Below, piece after piece: positions 26,376-38,782 of a DNA stretch of 64,000 nucleotides. Location: assembly GCF_006345805.1 (NCBI RefSeq), contig NC_043001.1:134168001-134232000 (forward strand), in the 5' to 3' direction. Source of the DNA: Octopus sinensis (Eukaryota). The notes under the pieces were generated by a model, which saw only the letters and a list, made by a program, of their open reading frames with translations, ran no database searches and was not told the origin of the DNA. Made by a program: the position numbers and the translations under genes. Every line of letters starts with the position of its first letter. The stretch's first letter is position 1.

Positions 26376-27725
26376 TAGAATCAGATTAGATGAAATGCAA
26401 TTTGGCTTTGTGCCAGGGAGAAGCACTACTGATGCTATATTTATAGTCAGGCAACTTCAAGAGAAATATTTGGCTAAGAATAAACCATTGTACTTGGTGT
26501 TTGTTGATGTGGAGAAAGCCTTTGACAGATTATCCTGCTGTGTGATATGATGGGCTCTGAGGAAGCTAGGGGTAGACAAGTGACTTGTGAAAGCTGTACA
26601 AGTCAGGTACAGAAGTTCTGTCAATAAGGTGAGAATTAACCATGAGTACAGTGATGAATTTTAGTGTACAGGTAAGCATTCATCAGGGTTCAGTTGTCAG
26701 TCCCATTCTATTCATCATTGTCCTCCAGGCCATAACAGAAGAAGTCAAGACCAGCTGTCACTGGGAACTGTTATATACTGATGATTGTACTTTCATACTA
26801 GATTCTGTAACAAAACTAGAAAAGAAATTCCAGATGTGAAAATAAAACCAGGAATTGAAGGGCCTTAACCCTTTAGTGTTTAAACCGGCTATATCCAGCC
26901 CGAATATTCTATTCATTTTATGCTCAAACTGGCCAGAACCAGTATCTCACACCTACCCTGCAATGTAATTCTAAAAATAAACAATTACATCTTTCAAATC
27001 TTGAGGCTACAAGATAATATCAGATTAATTTTTTTAAATGTAAATGAATAAGGATTACTTATGACATATTAATTTGAACGCTAAAGGGTTAAGGTTAACT
27101 TAGCAAAAACTAAGGTTCTAGTAAGAAATTAGACAGGATCCTACCTCTATCGGGTATATGGGCCTGCTCAGTATGTAAGAAAGGTGTAGGCAAGAATTGC
27201 ATATGGTGTACCCAGTGCAAGCTATGGAAACACAGGAGGTGCAGTGAAATAATAGGAGAGTTAGGGTTAGGGTCAGAGAAAGTGTTTGTATATGGAAAAT
27301 GCACAAGAGCCATAAAAACTACACATACTCAGGAAATCGATTTTCTCAAATGCCTTGGAGGCTCTTTAGCAGTGGGAGAGGATGTACCAAAAGTGTAATT
27401 GCAAGAATGTGATGGAGAAAATTCAGAGAACTTTTACCTCTGTTGGCAACCAAAGATCTTTCTCTCTCCAAGTGAAAGGAAGATTGTATGATGAATGTGT
27501 ATGAACAGCAATGCTACATGGTCATGAGATGTGGGTCCTGTATGCAGAGGAATGCACCTAGTGCACACTATAAAGTGTTTGGTGCTAGACAGATCATCCA
27601 GCCATATAAACCATGCCAAAACAACAATGGAGCCTGATGTGCCCCCTGGTATTACCAGCTCTTCTCAAACTGTCCAACCCATGCCAGCATGAAAAATGGA
27701 CATTGAATGACAACAATGATGATAA
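26376..27725 (+). mobile_element. RTE-clade LINE fragment with RT domain, interrupted by a MITE
   Basis: RIRLDEMQFGFVPGRSTTDAIFIVRQLQEKYLAKNKPLYLVFVDVEKAFDR...HQGSVVSPILFIIVLQAITEEVKTSCHWELLYTDD...KGL|KVNLAKTKVL, then a PHD-like segment. The RTE tail lies at 27560-27725. Confidence 0.92.
26869..27088. mobile_element. piggyBac-type MITE (220 bp)
   Basis: TTAA at 26865-26868 and 27089-27092. Termini ccctttagtgtttaaa and tttgaacgctaaaggg (14/16 inverted match). A degenerate relative lies at about 62310-62535. Confidence 0.85.
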
Positions 27726-27872
27726 ATATATTCTTATGTGATGTGCTAAAATGCACGACATTTACATACACATACGCTATACATACTCAAGCACATACAC
27801 ATAAATACCAATTCTACATAATAGGCACTATGTATGTATTCATATACGTATGTAGGTATTAACTGCATAAAA

Positions 27873-28100
27873 GGCGGCGAGCTGGCAGAAACGTTAGCAC
27901 GCCGGGCGAAATGCTTAGCGATATTTCGTCTGCGTTACGTTGTGAGTTCAAATTCCGCCGAGGTCGACTTTGCCTTTCATCCTTTCAGGGTCGATAAATT
28001 AAGTACCAGTTACGCACTGGGGTCGATGTAATCGACTTAATACCTATGTATGTCCTTGTTTTGTCCCCTGTGTTTAGCCCCTTGTGGGTAGTAAAGAAAT
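27873..28100 (+). mobile_element. Young SINE family A with 17-bp TSD
   Basis: taggtattaactgcata at 27853-27869 and 28100-28116. Confidence 0.9.
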
Positions 28101-28767
28101 AGGTATTAACTGCATACACATCTATACACACACTTACATACATTTGTTGCTCTTACAGCTCCCAAAAGAAACATGAAGAAAGGAAGGACTTTTCCTACTT
28201 TTTCCCCCTCACTTTTATCAATTATCCAAAACATCAACAATGTACACAGTATCCCTCCATCATTTCTGAAGCAATTACATTTCAAACTTAAAGAAAAACG
28301 TTATGAAATAAAAAAATTAATTTGAACTGAAATATGAGCAAAGACGAAGGTGGGGGAGAGAAACTGCGTCTAATTTTTAATGTAAAACTAGTAAATATTC
28401 TATCTTTTACTTGTTTCAGTCACTCAACTGCAGTCACACTGGGGCAATACCTTAAAAGATTTTAATCAAACAAATCAAACTCAGTACTTATTTTTTAAGT
28501 CTAGTACTTATTCTATTGGTCTCTTTTGCAGAACAAGTACAATATGAGGACATAAACATACCAACACCAATTATCAAACAGTAGTGGGACACAAACATGC
28601 TCACTCACACATACACAACATTCTTCTTTCAGTTTCCATTTACCAAATCTACTCACCAGGCTCCTCCATAAGGTTGCTATCACGATTCTACCCCCATGAC
28701 CCATGAGTAGTAGATGGAGAAGATGGATTATTATTCTCATTATTATTATCTATTATTATAATAATAA

Positions 28768-29020
28768 ATAAATGCGCCCTTTTAAAGCCTAGCCAGGCTC
28801 ACGGGCCCGGTTTCCTGGTTTCTATGGTGTATATGTTTCCCAGCTGGACGGGACACCAGTCCATCGCAGCATTACTCATTTTTGCCAGCTAAGTGGACTG
28901 GAGCAATGTGAAATGAAGTGTTTTGCTCAAGAACACAACACGTTGGCTGGTCCAGGAATCAAAACCACAATCTTACGATCATGATGCTGACACCCTAACC
29001 ACTAAGCCACGCACCTCCAC
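28768..29020 (-). mobile_element. tRNA-derived SINE family C (V-domain-like block)
   Basis: Minus strand reads ggaggtgcgtggcttagtggttagggtg (A box)...tgtgttcttgagcaaaacacttc...gctgcgatggactggtgtcccgtccagctggg. A second copy at 58034-58290 (+) has TSD gctaatgattctg. Confidence 0.75.
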
Positions 29021-29577
29021 ATTTATTATTATAATTATTGTTATTAAGGTGGTGAACTGGTAGAATCGCTACACACTAGGCAAAATGCTCAGCAACCTTT
29101 CATCCATCTTGATGTTCCGAGTTCAAATTCCACTGAGGTCAACTTTGCTTTTCATTCTTTCAGGGTCAATGAAATAAGTACCAGTTGAACACTGGGATTA
29201 ATGTAATCGACTTGCCCCTCCTCTGAGATTTCCGGCCTTGAGCCAAAATTTGAAACCATTATTATTGGTAGTAACTGAATATTTTATGGTATCAATTGGG
29301 GAAGGAAATCAGGTACATCTCCTCTGAGGAGTAAAACTACTAAACAATTTGTCAGGAGACCCACCACCAACTCCACTTTACCCCACACATCAAAAGCATC
29401 AAAGTAATGTGCTTAAAGTCTTATTACTTCCTATCACCTCTGTAGTTTTCTAGTATTTAAATGTATTTTAGTCCTTATTTAAATATTGTTGTACATAAAA
29501 TATACTTTTTTAATTAATGATGGGCTGTCTAAATCACATATATGCAAATTAAGCTATACACCATGATAAAAGTTAAT

Positions 29578-30140
29578 TACCATCATCATTTAACGTCCAT
29601 TATCCATCCTGGCATTGGTTGGACAGTTTGACTGGACTGGCATGCTGCGCCAGGCTCCAGTCCAATTTGGTATGGTTTTCTATGGCTGGATGCCCTTCCT
29701 AACACCAACCACTCCAAGAGTGTAATGGGTGCTTTTACATGCCACCAGCACGGGTGCCATTTGTGTGACACCAGTATCTGCCACAACTACGATTTTGCTC
29801 ATCTTGATGGGTCTTCTCAAGCATGACATAATGCCGGAGGTCTTGGTCGTTGCCTATGTGAGACCCAACACTTGAAAGGAGCTCAGCCACTTTGCCTCCA
29901 TGAGGCCCAACACTCAAAAGGAACTCAGCCACTATACCTCCATGAGGCCCAACGTTCAAAGGTTGATTTTTTTACATGCCACCAGCATGGGTGTACTTGG
30001 CTTGATGGAGCCACTTAAGCAAAGCATATTGCCAAAGGTCTCGGTCACTAGTCATTGCCTTGGTGAGGTTCAAAGTTCAAAGTTCATGCTTCACCACCTC
30101 GTCCCCATGTCTTCCTGGGTTTATCTCTGCCGCAGGTTCC
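29578..30140 (-). mobile_element. RTE LINE 3' fragment
   Basis: RTE tail and 3'UTR plus gtgcttcaccacctcgtcccatgtcttcctgg (encodes the GRPRK.W.EVVKHD region on the minus strand). Confidence 0.8.
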
Positions 30141-31469
30141 CTCCAATTGATATATATATTTTTCAGCTGAACACACTATGTTACTAATTGTTAACCAATC
30201 CTCAGATAAGAGGGGTATCAATATTTCTAAGGCTTCTAAATATTTAAATTATTATTAAATATACGATAGGCTTAAGAAGCTGAATAGATAAGACACTGGA
30301 CTACCAGTTCATATTCACATTGACTGCATTATTTCATTGTGTATTTTTACATTTAATACACTGTACCGAATATGAGTAAACAAGTCTTCATGTTAGTTCA
30401 CCTGTCTGGCACTTACTGGAAGAGAGAGAAATTATTTCTCACCTATTTCATCCACAAAATTAGAGCTAATTCCTGGGCCTTTATGACCCTCATAAGGTGG
30501 CTTTCTCACCTATTTTTATATTTTATGAAATTATAAACCTTTAAAATGGGATTTTTTTTTCTTTTTACTTTGATTGCCAAAACTAAACAAAGAGGAGAGA
30601 CATAGTTTGTAGCTAATGATGCTTTGTGTTTGTTTTCAAAGAAATATCAATGTGGCTAAAATGGCTACAACCTAGAAAATATGTTGGGATTAAAGTCTAA
30701 CTTAGTGTACATTCAAGAACCAGACTATTGCTCTAATTTGTCCAAGAATCAAAACTGCAAAGAGGACACCAGGCACTTAGAATTTAGCATTGTACGAAAT
30801 GCCCTCTGAAAATCAGAATAAAAACAATAACAATAATAACCAACAAATAAGATCTAACAAAAAAAACCAATGGTTAGAAACACAATTTCTTTAATATGTC
30901 ATAAGCATTGTTGCCAAAACTTCATTATATAAACCAGCAATTGTATTGAGTTTACCTGTAATTGTATTGAGAATAGCTGTAATTGTTTTGAAATAATCAA
31001 CATTAAATAAAGCAAACCAGGAAAATAGCTACTGAATAGGTAAAAATAGCTTTAAAGTCCAGTTTCAAACAACTGAAATTTGTTAAACACTAAAGATAAG
31101 AGAAAAAGACAATAACAATGAAAGGAAAGGAAAGGAAAGATTTTTTTTTAAATTTGAATGTAGCCAACATTTCTGTTTCACTGACAATGGTATAATCACA
31201 AAGTAGTCTAAGGTGATGTTTGTCCCTGAGTTATATATATTGTGAACAGAGATGGGAGCTGAAGAAACCTAAAGCTACCTATTTTAGAACATCTGTTGCC
31301 TTATTTAATAAGTTGCAGTGATTAGAGAGTTTTTACTAATTGTCAGATTTAAATAAAAATAGAGTAACTAGCTAAATGTCATTTTCTATTAGATACTATG
31401 GAGCAACAATGGTACTACTCTTTTTTTTTTTTTTTTGTTTCAGCAAGTAAAATAATGTGTTTTGCTTAA

Positions 31470-32240
31470 GAACAAACAAGATGAAGAGAAGAGATAAGTA
31501 AGCAGGCAATAGATGAAGAGATAAGCAAGCAGACAAGAAGATAAGGTAGAGAATGAAGATAAGGCGGAAAGTAATAAAGAAGATAAGGCAAAGTGGTGAA
31601 GAGGATACGGCATGTAGTGAAGAAGGCAAAGAGAGGTGAAGATGAGACAAACAGTGAAATAAGAAGAAATTAAGGCAGACACTAAAGAAGATAAGGCATG
31701 TAGTGAAGAAGATAAGGCAAAGAGAGGTGAAGATGAGACAAACACTGAAATAAGATGAAATTAAGGCAGATAATAAAGAAGATAAGGCAACAGTGAAGAT
31801 GATGAAGACAGCAGCAAAGGGGAAGCTGAGGTAAACAGTGAAGATAAGGCAGACTGTGGTGTAGAGGCAATCAGTGGTGAAGATGGGGCAATCAATGGTG
31901 AAGAAGATGAGACGAAATCAGTAATGAAGATAAGGTAGTGATAAAGAAGATAAAATTGTGGTGAAGTAGATAAGGCAAAGATGAAGATACAGACAGACAG
32001 TGATGTAAAAGATAAGGCAAACAATGAAGAATATAAGGTAAATATAAGTGGAAACAATAAGGAAGACCAAGTTGAAGAAGAAACAGACAGACAATGGTGC
32101 AGTAGATAAGACAGGCAGATATGAAAAAGGAAAATAAGCCAAAGCGTGATAAAAAGGACACTCAGGTAAACTTTGATGGAGAAGTAAACAAGAAAATAGC
32201 TGGCAGAGTGATAAAAAAATCAGTGAAAATTGATAGGTTC
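31470..32240 (+). repeat. Purine-rich degenerate minisatellite built on gaagataaggca
   Basis: About a dozen gaagataagg(ca) motifs and a roughly 86-bp internal duplication (31609 and 31695). The ORF track lists no ORF of 60 aa or more on the + strand here. Confidence 0.8.
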
Positions 32241-32939
32241 CCAACGAATATGAAGAAATGTAGTTATTGTCTGAAACATAATTAATATTGTAAGATCACA
32301 CCGACAGGAAGATATTACACTAACTTACAGTGAATAGTTTTTACCATGGATGGAGACTGAGTGATTAGGAGTCTTCTATACAGTCATTCTACCTGCTAGA
32401 AATAGCAGCCAAATTTCTTGAAAATCATCTTTTTTTGCCTTTTATCTCGTTTCAGGACATTGGACTGCAACCATGTTGGAGCACTGTCTTGAAGAGTTTT
32501 CATCAAACAAATTGACTCCAGTATTTTTAAAGTATGGTACTTGGTCCCTTTTGCAGAACTAATAAGTTATGGGAACATAAACTAACCAACACCAATTGTC
32601 AGGTGGTTAGATTATACACGCACACACATATATATATATATCACATGATCACCGAAACCATTGGATGTTATGCATCATTGGTCACAATCCATCTTGCATT
32701 CTTTTAGCCTTTGAATGATGCCACCCCATTGGATAGGCAAGCAGGCCTTCATACCCCATGACCTGAAGGCTACTCTGTTGCAGGATTGCTCATTAACAGC
32801 TGAGTGGACTGAAGCACTGAGAAATTAAGTGATTTATTCAAGAACACAATGTATCACTCAGTCTGGAAATCAAACCCACAATCTTGCTATCATGAGTGCA
32901 ACACTTTGACCACTAGACCACATGTCTTCACCATATATA

Positions 32940-34100
32940 TATAAATGGGTTATGCTGCACTGGCATAGGACACAGTTATGGTCTCATTTGGCTTACCAGG
33001 TGTTCTCAAGCACAGCATATCTTCAAAGGTCTCAGTCACTTGTCATCGCCTTGGTGAAACCCAACATTCAAAGGTCATGCTTCACCACCTCATCTCATGT
33101 CTTCCTGGGTCTACCTCTTCCACACAGCTGTCCTCATCCATATGCAACACATGACCATACCAGTGCAGTCATCCCTCTTGCACACCACAGCTTACACTTC
33201 TTAAGTTCAAGTTTTCTCTCAGGGTGCTTAGACACTGTCATGTATGCACAGACATTACACATTCAGCGGAGCATACTACCTTCATTCCTTGCGCGCTTAC
33301 ACATGTTCTCAGCAGTCACAACACATGTTTGACTACCATGTAGCATGGCTGTTCGCACACATGCATCATACAGTCTACTTTTTACTCTGAGTGAGAGGCC
33401 CTTTGTCACCAGCAGAGGTAAGAGTTCTCTGAACTTTGCCCAGGCTATTCTTATTCTAGCAGCTACACTCTCAGGGCATTCAGCGCCGCAACTAACTTGG
33501 TCACCTAGGTAACAGAAGCTATCAGTTACTTGTAGTTTTTCCCCTTGGAATGTAACGGAAGCTGTTTTCTGCACATTGCTCCTGAGCATTTGCCACACAC
33601 AAAAACTATCTTCCCAGTTAGCCTTCCTTTGATATTGCTGCACCTCTTATGTGTCCATAGCTTACACTGAGTACATCTTATGGAGTTTCTACCTATGCCT
33701 TTTCTACAGATTAAGCAGGGCCATCTACCTGAAGGAATTTGTGGTTTGTCTACCTTCCTCCTTATTAAGATTTTGGTTTTTGCTAGATTGACTCTAAGGC
33801 CCTTCGATTCTAGACCTTGCTTCCACACCTGAAACTTCTCTAGTTCTGATAGTCATCAGCATAGAGAAGCTCCCAGGGGCATCCTATCTTGAATTCCTCT
33901 GTTATTGCCTGGAGGACTATGATGAATAAGAGGGGGCTGAGGACTGATCCTAGGTGGAACCTTACCTGGAATTCTTCACTGTACTTGTTGCCAACCCTAC
34001 CTTACTGACAACATCCCTGTACATGGTTTTTACAGCTCTCACTAACCATCCATCTATCCTTAGTTCGACCACCAGATAAGGGATTGAGGGGCCATGTCAA
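32940..34100 (-). mobile_element. RTE-clade LINE fragment (RT C-terminal half with PHD-like insert)
   Basis: The ORF track gives WKQGLESKGLRVNLAKTKIL...WPCLICRKGIGRNSIRCTQCKLWTHKRCSNIKGRLTGKIVFVCGKC, and LQVTDSFCYLGDQVSCG...AARIRIAWAKFRELLPLL...LYDACVRTAMLHGSQT. Confidence 0.92.
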
Positions 34101-34159
34101 AGGCCTGAAGCCATAGTAGAAAACACTTGCATATATATATATGTATATATATGTATATC

Positions 34160-34615
34160 AAAAATAAGCAACAAGAATAACTTCGGTAATTTGGTACGAT
34201 CGTTTCACGCTACATCAGTTTATTAAATATTGTAAGTATTACAACAGTTTTAAAATGTTGAGCAATCATCAGCCATTAATAGAGGTTTCATATTAATACA
34301 TAATTTTAATATCAATTGATAACATTATAGAGAAGGTAGATATATAGACAAAGATATCGATTTAAAGATGTCAGTTACTAAACTCTACTAACTGAATGTT
34401 CTTAAAATTTAAATCGACATCTTTCTCTATATATCTACCTTCTCTATAATGTTATCAATTGATATGAAAATTATGTATTAATGGGAAACCTCTATTAATG
34501 GCTGATGATTGCTCAACATTTTAAAACTGTTGTAATACTTACAATATTTAATAAAATGATGTAGTGCGAAACGATCGTACCAAATTACCGAAGTTATTCT
34601 TGTTGCTTATTTTTT
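34160..34615. repeat. Foldback element: about 207-bp inverted arms with a 41-bp spacer
   Basis: 34160-34366 is the reverse complement of 34408-34615, with only scattered mismatches. Confidence 0.92.
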
Positions 34616-35082
34616 ACTATAATCACCCCATGGATTTATATGGATAACACCATACAAAATTCTGGTGCATCTAACTTAAGTACCATATTCATTTGAATCT
34701 AAATTTTGCTGAACTTATATATATATTAAAAGTGCTTCTTTTAGTTTCCATCTCTCAAATCTACTCAAAAAGGATTTGGTCAGCTCAGAGTTTTCGTAAA
34801 GAGACTTACCCAAAGTGTCACACAGAGGAATTGAACTCAAAACCATGTCGTTGGAAAGCAAACTTCTTACCGCACAACCATGCCTGTGCCTGGAGTCATC
34901 ACCATCTTACAAAAAGTGGGAAAAGATTGGCTAATATGACCCTAAATATACTGTATCTAAATAGATGATGATTGATGATCATGATGGAAACCCCTTCGAT
35001 CACAGACCAGCTCGATTGGAGCCAATCTGGGTCTAAACAACAATTTTATTATTACTGAACATGTTTATTCACCTCACACCCT

Positions 35083-35472
35083 GTGGAAGCACTCCGTCGG
35101 TTACGACGACGAGGGTTCCGGTTGATCCGAATCAACGGAACAGCCTGCTCGTGAAATTAACGTGTAAGTGGCTGAGCACTCCACAGACACGTGTACCCTT
35201 AACGTAGTTCTCGGGGATATTCAGCGTGACACAGGGAGTGACAAGGCCGGCCCTTTGAAATACAGGTACAACAGAAACAGGAAGTAAGAGTGAGAGAAAG
35301 TTGTGGTGAAAGAGTATAGCAGGGATCACCACCATCCCCTGCCGGAGCCTCGTGGGGCTTTTTAGGCGTTTTCGCTCAATAAACACTCACAACGCCCGGT
35401 CTAGGAATTGAAACTGCGATCCTATGACCGCGAGTCCGCTGCCCTAACCACTGGGCCATTGCGCCTCCACAT
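35083..35472 (-). mobile_element. tRNA-derived SINE family E, full length
   Basis: Head ggaggcgcaatggcccagtggttagggcagcggactcgcgg...tttcaattcc. End gtcgtcgtaaccgacggagtgcttcca. TSD acctcacaccct at 35071-35082 and 35473-35484. Confidence 0.9.
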
Positions 35473-36038
35473 ACCTCACACCCTACAAACATGATGGAAG
35501 CACAGTAAAAACTTTTCTTACAAGAGATTTTGTCTTTCTTTTATAAAAAGCTTCTTTTTTTTCTTTTTTATTTCTCTGAAATTATATTAAGACAACAACA
35601 CAGTGACTCAGTGACGGAGCTGCACTTAATGAATGAGAGACAATAATTAACACTGTCTTTAGATTACAGCTTTCAATTTAAACTGTGCCAAAGTTAGTCA
35701 GACTTTTTCATCTATTTCTTATTTTGGTAGAATTAAGAACCAGTAGTTGGCTAAAGTAAACAGCAAAAATATAAACTTTTTCAGAGTCATGAAGTAAATT
35801 CTGGAAATAATTTGCTTTTTATTGCTTGACTGGTATTGTGTTCCCCTCCTACTTCATGGATGAGTGATTAGCAGTAAGAAAGGCATCCAACCATGAAAAA
35901 TAATTACTATTTTAAAAAAATTCACAATATGCACTCAAAAAATGTAAAACAGCCACACACACATATATATATACATGTACACACATAAAATACCAATATA
36001 TATATATACATACATATATAACATGTATACACACATAT

Positions 36039-36748
36039 GTGAAGGTGCATGGCTCAGTAGTTAAAGTGCCAGGCTCACAACCATGAGGTAGTGAGTTCGA
36101 TTCCTGGACCAGGAGTAAGACACTTTATTTCACTTGGCTCCAGTTCACTGAGCTGTAGAAATGAGTTGCAATGTCACTAGTGCCAAGCTGTATCGGCCCC
36201 TTTGCCTTTCTCTTGGATAACACCAGTGGTGTGGAGAGGTGAGGCTGGTATGCATGGGCGACTGCTGGTCTTCCATAAACAAGCCTGCTTGGACTTGTGC
36301 CTTGGAAGGGAACTTTCTAGGAGCAATCCCATGGTCATTCATGACTGAAAGGGGCCTTTACCCTTTACACATACATATTATGTACATGTATGTACATAAT
36401 ATCACATTCGGAGACCCCCTTCGGTCACCACACAGACCATGGGATTGCACCTAGAAAGTTACCCTCCTAGACACTAGTCCAGGCAAAGTTGTTTATGGAA
36501 GACCAGCAGTCGCCCATGCATACCAGCCTCCCCTCTCCACGCCACCAGTGTTATCCAAGGGAAAGGCAAAGGCTGATACAGCTTGGCACCAGTGACGTCG
36601 CAACTCATTTCTACAGCTGAGTGAACTGGAGCAACGTGAAATAAAGTGTCTTGCTCAAGAACACAACACCCAGCCCGGTCCGGGATTCAAGCTCACAACC
36701 TCACGATCGTAAGCTCAACACTCTAACCACTGAGCCATGCGCCTTCAC
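36039..36748. mobile_element. Tail-to-tail pair of family D SINEs
   Basis: 36039-36363 (+) and 36410-36748 (-), about 46 bp apart. Confidence 0.9.
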
Positions 36749-37034
36749 ATTAAGATGAATATAACGATATTACATGTATATTTTGTGTGTGTGTGCCACT
36801 AGTAGTCCAACCTATGCTAGTATATGCAAGCTAGCTCTAATTCTCTGAAGTCACTGGCTTTGTTGTATAAACATTTTGGCTATTTGTTTCTCTGGTATTG
36901 GTCAAGTGATGTAGATACCTCTGAGGAGAACCCAGTAAGGTTCAAAAATTGATTAAGGCTGTTCATATTTTTTTCAATCTATGGAGAAATCATTAAATTT
37001 GGTCTGTTTGTATGTCTACAATGTAGGTTACATA

Positions 37035-37332
37035 TCTTTATATATAAAAGTGAAGTTGTGTGTCTGTCTCCTACGATTTAGATTCCTAACTACTCCCACA
37101 TTTTGCGGTGCAGTTTAACCAAAACCGGGTATCTTATAGTCATGATTCATATCGAGCCCTTCTGGGTATTAGCGCGCGTCTACGATGAGTCTACGATTTT
37201 AAAAAAAATTTACCATAATTTTTTTTCCCTTTTTAATGCATTTTTTTTGCTATTTTTTGGCTATAACTCTCTAAAAATGCTTATATAGTTATTTCCCTTA
37301 CAAACCCGAGCAACGCCGGGCGATACTGCTAG
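37035..37332 (+). mobile_element. Non-autonomous Helitron
   Basis: A|TCtttatatataaaag...cccgagcaacgccggg (hairpin, 37305-37320), 8 nt, CTAG|T. AT target with no TSD. Confidence 0.85.
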
Positions 37333-38398
37333 TATATTATAAAATTAGTTTTAATTGGGACTTCAAATCTGGCCAAACGGTTTATAACTTGCTGACTCTT
37401 GCATCAAGCCTGCAAGACATATTGATTACTCGTTTTTTTTTTCTTTATACCGGAATGGAAATTTGACTTCTATTTCTAACAGGTTGGGTGACCACACAGT
37501 GACTCTCTCATTGGCGCGGCATGTGTTGTGTTGTGTGTAACTTAATACCATAGATTTATTTTTTTTTGTGCATGATTATTCAGCCTAGTGGGTTGTTTGA
37601 GATTTACCTTCTTACTCAGATCAAACTTACGTTATTCTTTATTTGCTGCCAAAATCTCAAGTGCCAGTAGAATTAGAAGCATTAACGAGAAGGAATAGGA
37701 AAGGCAAATGATTACCATTTCGCTTCTTTCTACTTTGCTGTAATTCCATTCTTTCCGAACAAAATGACTCCCTTTGTCTGCAAACAGCTGGCCCAATGAT
37801 CAACAAGATATAGCATGTCTGTTTGCCTTATCACTCTCTCTCTCTCTGATTCAGATCACCAAACAGCTTTCCTATTCTCATTTTAAACTCTTGGATATGT
37901 TCAATCTCTCACATCTCTGATAGAATCAGTAAAATTCCAGCACTTATACGGTGTAATATTTGTAATTATTCTGTTACTGTTCGTTCTGAATGTGTGTATG
38001 TATGATTGCTATCATGCATTTATAGCAATATCCGCCATATTATGTCATTCAGTTTTATTTATTACTAGGTAGGCGGGACCTTTGTCATGACAACTCTAAA
38101 AAGAATTGAAGTGCTATTTTTGACATATCTTGGGTAATAATTCTACATCTTCCATAGCCAATATAAAGATTGTGGCCCAATAGTAAAACTAACACAACAT
38201 TGTTCATGCTATATAAAGTTGTTACTTGTGTCTCCTTAAAGGGATTATTTAAAATTGGGTGGTTCAAACTAAAAGAGTGTTAAGCGTGTTTCCCATGATC
38301 AGAATACAGTTCTGATTACAACATACAATCAATGACCCCCTTGGTTAACCCACCCACTCTCACACACACACACACACACAGAACTTTGTAAAAACAGT

Positions 38399-38782
38399 GG
38401 AAGCACTCCGTCGGTTACGACGATGAGGGTTCCGGTTGATCCGAATCAACGGAACAGCCTGCTCGTGAAATTAACGTGTAAGTGGCTGAGCACTCCACAG
38501 ACACGTGTACCCTTAACGTAGTTCTTGGGGATATTCAGCGTGACACAGAGAGTAACAAGGCCGGCCCTTTGAAATACAGGTACAACAGAAACAGGAAGTA
38601 AGAGTGAGAGAAAGTTGTGGTGAAGGAGTACAGCAGGGATCACCACCATCCCCTGCCAGAGCCTCGTGGAGCTTTAGGTGTTTTCGCTCAATAAACACTC
38701 ACAACGCCCGGTCTGGGAATCGAAACCGCGATCCTATGACCACGAGTCCGCTGCCCTAACCACTGGGCCATTGCACCTCTAC
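38399..38782 (-). mobile_element. SINE family E
   Basis: Same sequence as 35083-35472. TSD ttgtaaaaacagt at 38386-38398 and 38783-38795. Confidence 0.9.
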
